This document shows positions 10,472-21,467 of a stretch of 64,000 bases of DNA, in pieces. The translations under genes were made by a program, and so were the position numbers. The notes under the pieces are model-generated. The model was not told the DNA's origin. It saw only the letters and a list, made by a program, of their open reading frames with translations, and searched no databases. Origin of the DNA: Planctomycetota bacterium. Its GTDB lineage: Bacteria; Planctomycetota; UBA1135; UBA2386. Each line of letters begins with the position of its first letter. Position 1 is the first letter of the stretch. The DNA lies in contig OZ245006.1 in the NCBI GenBank assembly GCA_965223545.1, forward strand, positions 6,976,001-7,040,000. The letters are read 5' to 3'.

Positions 10472-11746
10472 ATGTCGACTTCTTGTGTCATCGGCCTCCT
10501 CTGGGGCGATGAAGGCAAGGGCAAGGTCATCGACTACCTCGCGCAGGACGCCGACTTCGTCGCGCGCTACGCGGGTGGGCACAACGCCGGGCACACGATC
10601 ATCACCAGCGGCGGCAAGATGGTGTTGCATCTCGTCCCCTCCGGCGCGTTTCGCGACGGGGTCGTCAACGTCATCGGCAACGGTGTGGTCGTCGACCCGT
10701 GGCACCTGGTCGACGAGGTCGCCGGCCTCGCCGCCGCTGGCGCGCCGCTGACGCCGGGTCAGACCTTGTTGGTCTCGGAGCGTGCGCACGTGATCTTGCC
10801 GTTGCACCGCGCGCTCGATCAGGTTGCCGAGGCGATCCGCGGCGCGGGGCGCATCGGCACCACCGGGCGCGGCATCGGACCCACCTACGCCGACCGGGCG
10901 TCGCGCACCGGCGTGCGGGTTGGCGACCTCCTCCGCCCGGCGACGCTGGTCGAGGCGCTGCGCCGGCTGGTGGCGGAGAAGCAGCCGCTGCTGCGGGCGC
11001 ACGGCCTCGAGGTGCCGGACCCCGGCGCGATGGCGGCCGAGCTCGAGAGTTTGGGCGACACTTTGCGGCCGTCGATCGCGGACACCGGCCACGTGCTTCG
11101 CGAAGCGCACGCCGCCGGCAAGCGGCTCTTGCTCGAGGGCGCGCAGGGGGTGCTGCTCGACGTCGACCACGGCACCTACCCGTTCTGCACCTCGTCCAGC
11201 GCATCGACTGCGGGGGCGGCGGTCGGCACCGGATTGCCGCCGCGGGCTCTGCAGTCCGTGACCGGCGTCGTCAAGTCCTACGCCACCCGGGTCGGCGAGG
11301 GGCCGCTGCCGACCGAGCTCGTCGATGCGACCGGCGACCGCTTGCGCGAGGCCGGCAACGAGTACGGCTCGACCACCGGCCGGCCGCGGCGGTGCGGGTG
11401 GTTCGACGCAGTGGCGGTCCGCTACGCGGCGCAGGTGTCGGGCACGGACCGGCTGGTGCTGACCAGCCTCGACGTGCTGCGCGGCTTCGACCCGCTGCGC
11501 ATCGCGGTCGCCTACGAGGCGCCGGACGGCAGTCGGATCGATCGGTTTCCGGCATACGATCTCGAGCGGATGCGCCCGGTGTGGGAGGAGCTGCCCGGTT
11601 TCGAGGAGGACCTGCGCGCTTGCCGCGACTTCGCCGAGCTGCCGCCCGCGGCGCGCCGCTACGTCGAGACCATCGAGCGGCACGTCGGCGTCGAGATCGA
11701 GTTGGTCTCGGTCGGGCCGGGGCGCGAGGAGGTGGTCCGCCGATGA
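10472..11746 (+). CDS. purA: Adenylosuccinate synthetase
   Basis: WGDEGKGK, GGHNAGHT, GTTGRGIGPTY, EGAQG, TRVGEGP, EYGSTTGRPRRCGWFD. Confidence 0.97.
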   Translation: MSTSCVIGLLWGDEGKGKVIDYLAQDADFVARYAGGHNAGHTIITSGGKMVLHLVPSGAFRDGVVNVIGNGVVVDPWHLVDEVAGLAAAGAPLTPGQTLLVSERAHVILPLHRALDQVAEAIRGAGRIGTTGRGIGPTYADRASRTGVRVGDLLRPATLVEALRRLVAEKQPLLRAHGLEVPDPGAMAAELESLGDTLRPSIADTGHVLREAHAAGKRLLLEGAQGVLLDVDHGTYPFCTSSSASTAGAAVGTGLPPRALQSVTGVVKSYATRVGEGPLPTELVDATGDRLREAGNEYGSTTGRPRRCGWFDAVAVRYAAQVSGTDRLVLTSLDVLRGFDPLRIAVAYEAPDGSRIDRFPAYDLERMRPVWEELPGFEEDLRACRDFAELPPAARRYVETIERHVGVEIELVSVGPGREEVVRR

Positions 11747-12474
11747 GCCGGCCGCCGAGCGGTGCCACCGACGACGTGGTGCCGCGCTCGATCGCCATCA
11801 TCATGGATGGCAATGGACGGTGGGCGACCCAGCGGGGCTTCCAGCGGATCAAGGGGCACGAGAACGGCACCATCGCGGTGCGCGAGACGGTCGAGGAGTG
11901 TGCTCGCCTCGGGGTGGAGGCGCTGACCCTGTACGCGTTTTCCGAGGAGAACTGGCGGCGGCCACGGCGCGAGATCGAGCTGCTGATGCGCCTGCTGCAG
12001 CGCTTTCTGGTCGGCGAGCGCGACAACATGATGCGCAACAACGTGCGGCTGCTGCACGCCGGGCGCATCGACAAGCTGTCGGCCTCGGTGCGCCGCACGC
12101 TGGAGGAGACCATGGCGTTGACCGCCGGCAACGACGGCTTGCGCCTGTGTCTGGCGATCAGCTACGGCGGCCGTGCCGAGCTCGTCGACGCCACCCGGCG
12201 AATCGCGGCCGCGGTGCAGAGTGGGGAGCTGGCGGTCGAAGACATCGACGAGCAGTCGGTGCGCGATCGCCTCTACCAGCCGGCGCTTCCCGATCCGGAC
12301 CTGTTGATCCGCACCGCCGGTGAGATGCGGGTCAGCAACTTCCTGCTGTGGCAGATCAGCTACGCCGAGCTGTACGTGACCGACGTGCTGTGGCCCGATT
12401 TTCGCTCCGCCGATCTCGAAGAGGCGCTGCGCGCCTACCGCAGTCGGGTGCGCCGCTTCGGTCGAGTGCTCTGA
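11743..12474 (+). CDS. uppS: Undecaprenyl diphosphate synthase
   Basis: IAIIMDGNGRW, YAFSEENWRRP, SYGGRAE, DLLIRTAGEMRVSNFLLWQ. Confidence 0.96.
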   Translation: MSRPPSGATDDVVPRSIAIIMDGNGRWATQRGFQRIKGHENGTIAVRETVEECARLGVEALTLYAFSEENWRRPRREIELLMRLLQRFLVGERDNMMRNNVRLLHAGRIDKLSASVRRTLEETMALTAGNDGLRLCLAISYGGRAELVDATRRIAAAVQSGELAVEDIDEQSVRDRLYQPALPDPDLLIRTAGEMRVSNFLLWQISYAELYVTDVLWPDFRSADLEEALRAYRSRVRRFGRVL

Positions 12475-13325
12475 TGGGAGCGGGCGAGCTCAAGACGCGC
12501 CTGCTGTTCGGCTCGTCCATGCTGCTGGCGATCGTCGCGGTCTACGTGACCGACTCGTTCACCGCGACGGACGGCACCCTGACCGCCGCCCTGCTGGGGC
12601 TGCTCGCGGTCGCCGGCGTGCACGAGTACGTCTCCATGCTCCGGCACGCCGGCCACGCCGTGGCGCGGGGGCTGCTGCTGCTGTTCACCGCGGCGCTGGC
12701 GCTGAGCGCGCTGTTCTTTCGCGGCTGGCAGGTGCTCGACCGCGAGCTGTATCCGCTGGCGATCGGCACGCTGCTCCTGCTGTTTCCCATCGCGGTTCGC
12801 TCGCTGGCGCAGGATCGCATGCAGCGCGGCTTGGAAGAGCAGGGCGCCACTCTCCTCGGCTTCGTCTGGATCGCGTGGCCGATGTTCCTGGCGCAGGGCC
12901 TGGCGATGCGCCACCTGCCGGCGGTGCTGTTCGTCGTGCTGGTGTGCAAGGGTGGCGACATCGGCGCCTATTTTGCCGGCATCAGCTTCGGCCGCCGCAA
13001 GCTGATCGCCCACATCAGCGCGGGCAAGACCGTCGAAGGGGCGTGCGGCAGCTTGCTCGCCTCCTGCGCGCTCGCCGCCGTGCTGGCGCCCGTTCTGCTG
13101 CCGGACTCCGCCGGAGTTGGATTGACCGGGTCGCTGCTGATCGGGATCATGTTGAACGTGACCGCGCAGGCCGGCGACCTGGTCGAGTCGCTGCTCAAGC
13201 GCAGCTGCGGAGTGAAGGACTCGGCGGCCCTGCTGCCCGCGCACGGCGGCGTCCTCGATCTGATCGACAGCCTGTTGTTCTCGTTTCCCGCCTTCTTCGT
13301 GGTGTTCGTGGGACTGACTCCGTGA
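12474..13325 (+). CDS. cdsA: Phosphatidate cytidylyltransferase
   Basis: Polytopic; DIGAYFAG..ISAGKTVEG, GDLVESLLKR..KDS..LPAHGGVLD. Confidence 0.93.
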   Translation: MGAGELKTRLLFGSSMLLAIVAVYVTDSFTATDGTLTAALLGLLAVAGVHEYVSMLRHAGHAVARGLLLLFTAALALSALFFRGWQVLDRELYPLAIGTLLLLFPIAVRSLAQDRMQRGLEEQGATLLGFVWIAWPMFLAQGLAMRHLPAVLFVVLVCKGGDIGAYFAGISFGRRKLIAHISAGKTVEGACGSLLASCALAAVLAPVLLPDSAGVGLTGSLLIGIMLNVTAQAGDLVESLLKRSCGVKDSAALLPAHGGVLDLIDSLLFSFPAFFVVFVGLTP

Positions 13326-14335
13326 AAGACACACCGGCCGACGAATCGATCAAGATCAACGACTTCGACGAGGTCCGCACTCTGCTCGGTCCGCTCGACA
13401 CCAACACGCGGCTGATCCGCGAGGTGCACGGGGTCAACGTGCTGGTGCGCGAGGGCAGCCTTCGGCTGCTCGGCGCGCAGGAGAACGTGGCCACGGTGCG
13501 TGAGCTGCTCGAGGCGGGCCTCGCCTCGATCCGGGCCGGCGGCGAGATCAGCACGGCCGAGATCGCGCGGCGGATCCGCGGCGATCTCCCGGACGGCAAC
13601 GGCGCTGCGGAGGCGGTGCGCGCGCCGCCGCGCCAGACGCACCGCCGCCGCGGCGCGGTCAAGCCGCGGACCGCGGGCCAGGGCCGCTACCTCGAGGCGA
13701 TGCGCGAGCACGAGGTCGTGCTGGCGGTGGGGCCGGCCGGTACCGGCAAAACCTACTTGGCGGTGGCGGCGGCGTTGGCCGCGGTGCGCGATGGTGACGC
13801 GCGGCGGCTCGTCTTGGTGCGGCCGGCGGTCGAGGCCGGCGAGAAGCTGGGATTCTTGCCCGGTGATTTTCAGGCCAAGGTGGACCCGTACCTGCGACCG
13901 CTGCACGACGCCGTGCAGGACTTGCTCGACCCGGGCCAACGGCAGCGTTACCTCGACAGCGACATGATCGAGACCTGTCCGCTCGCCTACATGCGGGGGC
14001 GCACGCTGACCGACTCGTTCATCATTCTGGACGAGGCGCAGAACACCACGGTGCAGCAGATGCTGATGTTCTTGACCCGCCTCGGCGAGGGCTCGCGCAT
14101 GGTCGTCACCGGCGATCCCACGCAGATCGATCTGCCGCGCCAGGTGACGTCGGGATTGATCGACTCGGTCCGCCGCCTGCGCGGCGTGGATGGCGTCGGC
14201 ATCATCGAGCTGACCGCCGAGGACGTCGTCCGACACCCCGTCGTCGGCCGGATCCTCAAGGCCTACGGGGCGACGGGCAGTGCGCCGGGCAGCGCGCCGG
14301 GCCGCGGCCGGCGCCGCGGAGGGGAGCGGGAGTGA
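13322..14335 (+). CDS. phoH: PhoH family ATPase
   Basis: GPAGTGKT, RPAVEAGEKLGFLPG, LAYMRGRTL, LDEAQN. Confidence 0.94.
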   Translation: MKDTPADESIKINDFDEVRTLLGPLDTNTRLIREVHGVNVLVREGSLRLLGAQENVATVRELLEAGLASIRAGGEISTAEIARRIRGDLPDGNGAAEAVRAPPRQTHRRRGAVKPRTAGQGRYLEAMREHEVVLAVGPAGTGKTYLAVAAALAAVRDGDARRLVLVRPAVEAGEKLGFLPGDFQAKVDPYLRPLHDAVQDLLDPGQRQRYLDSDMIETCPLAYMRGRTLTDSFIILDEAQNTTVQQMLMFLTRLGEGSRMVVTGDPTQIDLPRQVTSGLIDSVRRLRGVDGVGIIELTAEDVVRHPVVGRILKAYGATGSAPGSAPGRGRRRGGERE

Positions 14336-14772
14336 CCCCGCGCCGGCCGGCGCCGGTGGAGCTGGTCGACCGCTTCCGGCCGCGCAGCGACGCGGCCTTC
14401 GTCCGCCGCGTGGCCGCCGCAGCGCGGCGCTTCGGCGGGCGTCCCGACTTGCCGGTCTCGCTGCTGTTGACCGACGATGCGGAGATCGCTGCTCTGCACG
14501 GCGAGTTCCTCGGTGATCCGACCCCCACGGATGTGATCACGTTTCCGCTCGACGATGGCGTCGAGATCGTCGTCAGCGTCGAATGCGCGCGCCGCGAGGC
14601 GCGCGCGCGCGGACACGCGATCCGCGCCGAGCTGGCGCTGTACGTCGTGCACGGAGTGTTGCACGTGTGCGGCTACGACGACATCGAGGCGCGCGATCGC
14701 GCGCGCATGCGCGCCGCCGAGCGCGCGGTACTCGACGCGCTCGGCGTCGTCGTCGGCGCGGTCGACGACTGA
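14332..14772 (+). CDS. ybeY: rRNA maturation RNase YbeY
   Basis: PTDVITF and HGVLHVCGYDD; follows phoH. Confidence 0.9.
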   Translation: MTPRRPAPVELVDRFRPRSDAAFVRRVAAAARRFGGRPDLPVSLLLTDDAEIAALHGEFLGDPTPTDVITFPLDDGVEIVVSVECARREARARGHAIRAELALYVVHGVLHVCGYDDIEARDRARMRAAERAVLDALGVVVGAVDD

Positions 14773-14824
14773 ATCGCGGTCCGCATCATCGAACTCTTTC
14801 CGTGCGCGAGCGAAGAAGACTCGA

Positions 14825-14852
14825 TTGCGCACACACCGAAGTCCGATACAAT
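14825..14852 (+). promoter_or_regulatory. Putative sigma70-type promoter
   Basis: TTGCGC-N16-TACAAT upstream of the sigma factor gene. Confidence 0.4.
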
Positions 14853-14929
14853 TCACAAGTTCGCGGATCGACGTGAACGCGTTTCGCACGAAGGTGCGTG
14901 CACCCGAAACACCGCCAAGGTGGGTAGGG

Positions 14930-15730
14930 ATGACGACCATCAAGCCAAAGAACTCGACCTCGTCTCGGACGCCGCGCGCGGCTCGCGATGCCGCGCGACA
15001 GCGCGCCGGCCAGCGGCAGACCGAGTCGCTGTGGCGGCACTTTCGGCGCACGCGGAGCGCCAAGACGCGCAACCAGCTGATCGAGCGCTATCGGCCGCTG
15101 GTGGAGGCGATGGCCTCCAGCATGGCGGCGCGACTGCCGCGCAGCGTCGATGTGCAGGACTTGACCCACGCGGGGGTTTGGGGGTTGATGCGCGCGATCG
15201 AGAACTTCGAGCCCGAGCGCGGCAACAACTTCACGCCGTTCATGCGGATGCGGGTGCGAGGCGCGATGCTCGACGAGCTGCGCAGCCTCGACTACGTCCC
15301 GCGCCTGGTCCGCCACCGGCGGCGGGCACTGGACGCGGCCCGTTTCAGGCTGCGGGGAGAGCTCGACCGCGCGCCGACGGACGCCGAGCTGGCGGATGAG
15401 CTCGGAGTGACGGAAACCGCCTTGCGGACGCGGTTTTCGCTGTCGCCGCCGGGCGGCGCTCGGATGGACGACGCCGATCTGGACCGGCTCGAGGGGCTGG
15501 TCGACGAGGGCACCGAGTCGCCCGGGGATGCGCTGCAGCGGCGTGACCTGCTGGCGAAGATCAAGGCCAGCTTGCAGCCGATCGAGTGGCAGGTCCTCGA
15601 GCTGCACTACATTCGCGGCCTGAGCGGCAAGGAGATCGCCCGGCGGCTCCACTTGTCCGCTTCGCGGATCTGCCAGATCCACGGGCGGGTGCTGTCGCGC
15701 CTCAAGGCTCGGCTCGAGCCGTTGCGGTAG
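14930..15730 (+). CDS. FliA/WhiG family RNA polymerase sigma factor
   Basis: RLPRSVDVQDL..GLMRAIENFEPERG..RVRGAMLDELRSLDYVPR; SASRICQIH. Confidence 0.9.
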   Translation: MTTIKPKNSTSSRTPRAARDAARQRAGQRQTESLWRHFRRTRSAKTRNQLIERYRPLVEAMASSMAARLPRSVDVQDLTHAGVWGLMRAIENFEPERGNNFTPFMRMRVRGAMLDELRSLDYVPRLVRHRRRALDAARFRLRGELDRAPTDAELADELGVTETALRTRFSLSPPGGARMDDADLDRLEGLVDEGTESPGDALQRRDLLAKIKASLQPIEWQVLELHYIRGLSGKEIARRLHLSASRICQIHGRVLSRLKARLEPLR

Positions 15731-15753
15731 TGACCTTCGGGTGATGGCGTCGC

Positions 15754-17046
15754 ATGGCCCGGCCTCCATCGCCTGACCCATCTGCCGAGCAGGAGCTGCC
15801 GCGCGACGGTGCGCTGCGGTCCCACGGTGGAGCGCTGTACTGCGAGCAGGTGCCGATCGCCGAGCTGGCCCAGCGCTTCGGCACCCCGCTCTACGTGTAC
15901 AGCCAAGCGGTGATCGAGCGCCGGGTCGCGGCGCTACGCACCGCGTTCGGTCCCGACGCCCGCATCTGCTACGCGGTGAAAGCCAACAGCAACCTGTCGA
16001 TCCTCCGCCTCCTGGACCGGCTCGGCTGCGGCTTCGATCTCGTCAGTGGGGGTGAGCTCGCCCGGCTGGCGGCTGCCGGCCTGGATGCCGGGTCGGCGGT
16101 GTTCGCCGGCGTCGCCAAGCAGCGGTGGGAGATCGATGCCGCGCTGCAGGCGGGGATCTCGTTCTTCAACGTCGAGTCGCTGCAGGAGCTCGGCCTTCTC
16201 GCCGATGCCGCGCGGGCGGCCGGTACGCGGGCTCGCGTGGCGGTGCGGTTCAACCCGGACGTCGACGCCGGCACCCACGAGTACATCGCCACCGGGCGCC
16301 GCGGCGACAAGTTCGGCCTCGATCGCGCGGCCGCGGCGGCTGCGGTCGCCGAGATCGCCGCCACCCCGGCGCTGGAGCTGGTGGGCTACCACGTGCATCT
16401 CGGCTCTCAGCTGTCGTCGCCGGAACCGTACCTGGCGGCGTGGCTGGCCGTCGAGGCGTTCATGGACGAGGCGCCCGCGCACCGGGACGGCGTGCGCTAC
16501 TACGATCTCGGCGGTGGCTTCGGCATCGGCGGAGACGGCACCGCGCCGCTGGATGTGGCGGCGTTGGCCGAGCGGCTCGTCCCCCGGCTCGTCGACCGCG
16601 GGCTGACGCCGGTGGTCGAGCCCGGGCGGTTCCTGATCGCCGACGCCGGGGCCCTGCTGACGACCGTGCTCGGCGTGAAGCAGGCCGGCGACCGCCGGTT
16701 CGCGTTGGTCGATGCGGCGATGAACGACCTGATGAGACCCGCGCTCTACCGGGCCCGGCACCCGGTGGCCGCCGATCGCGCCGGGACAGCGACCGAAACC
16801 CTGGAGTACGACGTGGTCGGTCCGGTGTGTGAGACCGGCGACTTCCTGGCGCGCGCCTGTCGGCTGCCCGCGCTGCGGCGTGGCGACCTGCTTTCGGTGC
16901 TGGCTGCCGGCGCCTACGGTATGGCGATGGCGTCCAACTACAACAGCCGCGGCCGGGCCGCGGAGGTCCTGGTGTGCGGTACCGACGCGAAACGGATTCG
17001 GCGTCGCGAAGAGCTGGCCGATCTTTGGGCGGCGGAGGACGTTTGA
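15754..17046 (+). CDS. lysA: Diaminopimelate decarboxylase
   Basis: GTPLYVY, YAVKAN, HVHLGSQ, EPGR, GPVCETGD, GAYG..MASNYN. Confidence 0.96.
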   Translation: MARPPSPDPSAEQELPRDGALRSHGGALYCEQVPIAELAQRFGTPLYVYSQAVIERRVAALRTAFGPDARICYAVKANSNLSILRLLDRLGCGFDLVSGGELARLAAAGLDAGSAVFAGVAKQRWEIDAALQAGISFFNVESLQELGLLADAARAAGTRARVAVRFNPDVDAGTHEYIATGRRGDKFGLDRAAAAAAVAEIAATPALELVGYHVHLGSQLSSPEPYLAAWLAVEAFMDEAPAHRDGVRYYDLGGGFGIGGDGTAPLDVAALAERLVPRLVDRGLTPVVEPGRFLIADAGALLTTVLGVKQAGDRRFALVDAAMNDLMRPALYRARHPVAADRAGTATETLEYDVVGPVCETGDFLARACRLPALRRGDLLSVLAAGAYGMAMASNYNSRGRAAEVLVCGTDAKRIRRREELADLWAAEDV

Positions 17047-17225
17047 TGAATGCGCCGAGATCCGTGGGGCGTGGTTGGCGGCGCGGCATCCTCGCCGCCG
17101 CGGTCGTGCTCGTTGGCCTTTCGCTCAACGGCTGTCAGTTCTTGCAGAACGAGTTCTTCTTCCTCGACACCGCCCGCCCCAAGGCCAGCGCGAACGAGAC
17201 CGGAGGACTCGGGTCGGTGCGGTGA
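17046..17225 (+). CDS. Small putative lipoprotein (59 aa)
   Basis: Overlaps neighbouring start/stop codons on both sides; signal peptide ending LNGC. Confidence 0.55.
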   Translation: MNAPRSVGRGWRRGILAAAVVLVGLSLNGCQFLQNEFFFLDTARPKASANETGGLGSVR

Positions 17226-17574
17226 ACGACGCCCTGCGCCAGCGGCTGCTCGCGGCCGACGGGGCCGGTGCTCTGACTGGCGATGACGTTCTGCGCGGCC
17301 GCGCCACCCACCCGGTGTGCGGTGACGAGATCGAGCTCGACGTCCGCCTGGATACCGGGTGCATCGACGACCTCGCCTGGCGCGCCTCGGGATGTCCGGC
17401 GTGCATGGCGGTGGTCGCCGTTGCGCGGGCAGCCGTGCGGGGTCACCCGCCGGTGGACGCGGGCGCGCGATTGCGCCAGCGCTTGCAGCGGCTGGGTGGT
17501 TTGGCCCCGCACGAGCGCCACGCGGAGCGACTGTGGAACGCGGCCCTGGCCTCGGCCCTCGGCGAGTCGGTGCG

Positions 17575-17578
<4 letters not shown>
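17222..17578 (+). CDS. SufU/IscU-like Fe-S scaffold-family protein (divergent)
   Basis: HPVCGDEIEL and ASGCPAC motifs. Confidence 0.7.
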
Positions 17579-19177
<1,599 letters not shown>

Positions 19178-19191
<14 letters not shown>

Positions 19192-19627
19192 CCTGAACGC
19201 CCTCGCTCATCGCCAAGCACAGCCCGCCGGGGCCGCTGATGACGTCGACGCACTGCAGGCAGAGGCTGCGGCCGATCAAGGCGGGGTTGTTCGGCACCGT
19301 CGCGACGATCGACGAGAAGCCGGTCGGGATCGCGATGATGCCGGTCGGGCCGACCGCCATGGCGCAGTTGGTACCCGTGCAGCTGACTCCCGGCAACGAC
19401 CACGTCGGTCCGCAGGGGCCGGCGAGCAAGAGCTGTTGCGCCGCGCGCCCGCTGTTCGGGCAGCCGAACTTCATCTGCTGGCCGATCATCGCGGTGCCCC
19501 CGCATTGCACCGGGAGCGACCCCGTCGGACACCCCGTGCCGGGGATCGGCGTGCACTGGGCCGCGGCGTCGGTCGCGGCGGCGAACACGGCGGCCAGCGC
19601 GAGGAGGCGGAGAAGAGGTAGGCGCAT
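19178..19627 (-). CDS. Small secreted Cys-rich hypothetical protein
   Basis: Signal peptide (AAA/Q) and multiple Cys. Confidence 0.6.
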
Positions 19628-19779
19628 CGGAGTTCGCGGAGGCTGAGGGACGGGGGCCGTCCATCATGCGGCGGATGGACGGCGCCGCAAAGGGGGTGGC
19701 GTTCGGCTCTCGACTCCGCCCCTACGACGTCGCCCGACCATCGACATGCAGCCGCCGACAGGTGCGCCAAGTCCGTCGA

Positions 19780-21210
19780 TCAGTTGATCGGCACGACGAT
19801 GGCGTCGACCGAGGGGACCGATCCCGTCGCGGGGTTGCCGTCCATGGTGAGCCGCATCTGCAGATAGGGCTGTGCGTCGGCGACGTCGACCCTGGTCGAC
19901 CAAGGAGTGGCGCCGGTGCCGCGGTCGTCCTGCGCGCCGCGGTACTCGACCAGCAGTGCGCCGCCGGCGGGGACCGAAGCGGCGACCGTGGGGGTGTGGT
20001 AGTTCGGCAGCGCCGTTGGTGCCTTGCGCCAGGGCGAGACTGCGACGCTGCGCACGTCGGCGAGCACCACCTGCAGCACGTGGTAGGAGTTGTCCATCGT
20101 CGTGGCAGTGGTCGCCGCAAACGGATTGACCGGGTTCGTGGCGCTGCCGCCGCGCACCGCCCGCGAGTTGGGCTGTGGCGATGTGTTCACCATGAGGTAC
20201 ACCTGCGCGCCGTTGCGGCCGGTGGCGCTCGCCGAGGGGGTGGTGCTGATGTCGACCAGGAGGCTGTCACGGCCGTTGTAGCGGAATGGCTGCGCGAGCG
20301 GCGGGTACGGCAGGAAGCCGTCGGGCTGCACCGCCGACGGCGCGATGGAGTAGCCGCCGTCGAACACCTGGGTCGGGGTCTCGCCGGGCTTGATGTTGCC
20401 GGCGAAGCTCGAGGTCAGGCCGGAGTTGGGAAACTGCGGCAGCGACGAGAACAGGTTGATCGAGTAGTCCGGCACGATGTGCGAGTGCGCCAGCGCGATG
20501 GTGAGACGGTCGAAGCGGTCGCTCTCCACCGAGCCGCCGAAGGGCAGCCAACCGAGCCCGACCACCAGCTCTTCCTCGCCCTTGGCGTCGAGGTCGACGG
20601 CGCGATAGACCATTTGCGAGCGGGCGCCGAACGGGTTGAGGGGATTTTGGATCGGCTGGGAGAACGGCGAGCCCTGGTCCGGCACCAGCGATTGAATGCG
20701 CTGCCGCACCGGTTCTCCCTGCAGGCGGCCGCGCACCGCGGCGTCGAACTCACCGGTGTAGCCCTGCGCGGTCGGGTCGATCAGCTTCTCCACCAGCACC
20801 GTGCCGCTGCTGTAGAACGCGGTGCTCTCGCCATCCGAGCTCGCGAACAGCCCGTTGGGCGCGCGTGCATCCAGGACCACGCTCTGCAAGAACAGGGGAA
20901 TGCCGGTCGGCGTCGCCGCCACGGTCGGCGTGCTCGATACCCGGAGGCCCGAGGGCGGCATCACGCCGGCGTCGAGCACCACTGCGGTGCCGATGCCCGC
21001 CCCGGCCACCCCGAGGAACAAGGTCTCGCCGAGCTGCAGGTTGGGGCCGCCCGCGACGTCGATCAGCGTCGCGTACGGTAGGCCCGGCAGGGCCGAGAGC
21101 GCGCTGTTCACGGGATCGCCGGGCTTCTGCGCGACGCCCACGTTGAGGAGGGGATCCTGGGCGGAGAGTACGGTGGAGCAGGCGAGGACGGTGACGGCGG
21201 ACAGGCGCAT
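19780..21210 (-). CDS. Secreted hypothetical protein
   Basis: Signal peptide MRLSAVTVLACSTVLSAQ; globular composition. Confidence 0.7.
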   Translation of the reverse strand: MRLSAVTVLACSTVLSAQDPLLNVGVAQKPGDPVNSALSALPGLPYATLIDVAGGPNLQLGETLFLGVAGAGIGTAVVLDAGVMPPSGLRVSSTPTVAATPTGIPLFLQSVVLDARAPNGLFASSDGESTAFYSSGTVLVEKLIDPTAQGYTGEFDAAVRGRLQGEPVRQRIQSLVPDQGSPFSQPIQNPLNPFGARSQMVYRAVDLDAKGEEELVVGLGWLPFGGSVESDRFDRLTIALAHSHIVPDYSINLFSSLPQFPNSGLTSSFAGNIKPGETPTQVFDGGYSIAPSAVQPDGFLPYPPLAQPFRYNGRDSLLVDISTTPSASATGRNGAQVYLMVNTSPQPNSRAVRGGSATNPVNPFAATTATTMDNSYHVLQVVLADVRSVAVSPWRKAPTALPNYHTPTVAASVPAGGALLVEYRGAQDDRGTGATPWSTRVDVADAQPYLQMRLTMDGNPATGSVPSVDAIVVPIN

Positions 21211-21467
21211 GGAGGACTCCGGCGAGCGGGGCAAGAAGCGGGTCAAGAAAAGGGATCGGTGACAGCACCCGCAGTAGACGTCGACGCCGGCGCCCGTAAC
21301 ACCGCGCGGACGTCTGCCGCGAGTGCCAACCGAAAGTGTGCAGACGGTGCACACGTGTGCTTGCTCGGGGCAGCGAAGGCTTTCCGGTGATGGCGTGCTA
21401 AAGTCATGCGATGCAGTGGATTGCATCTGTCTTGGTGGCTGGGCACAGCCGTTGCTGTCGCCCCGGC

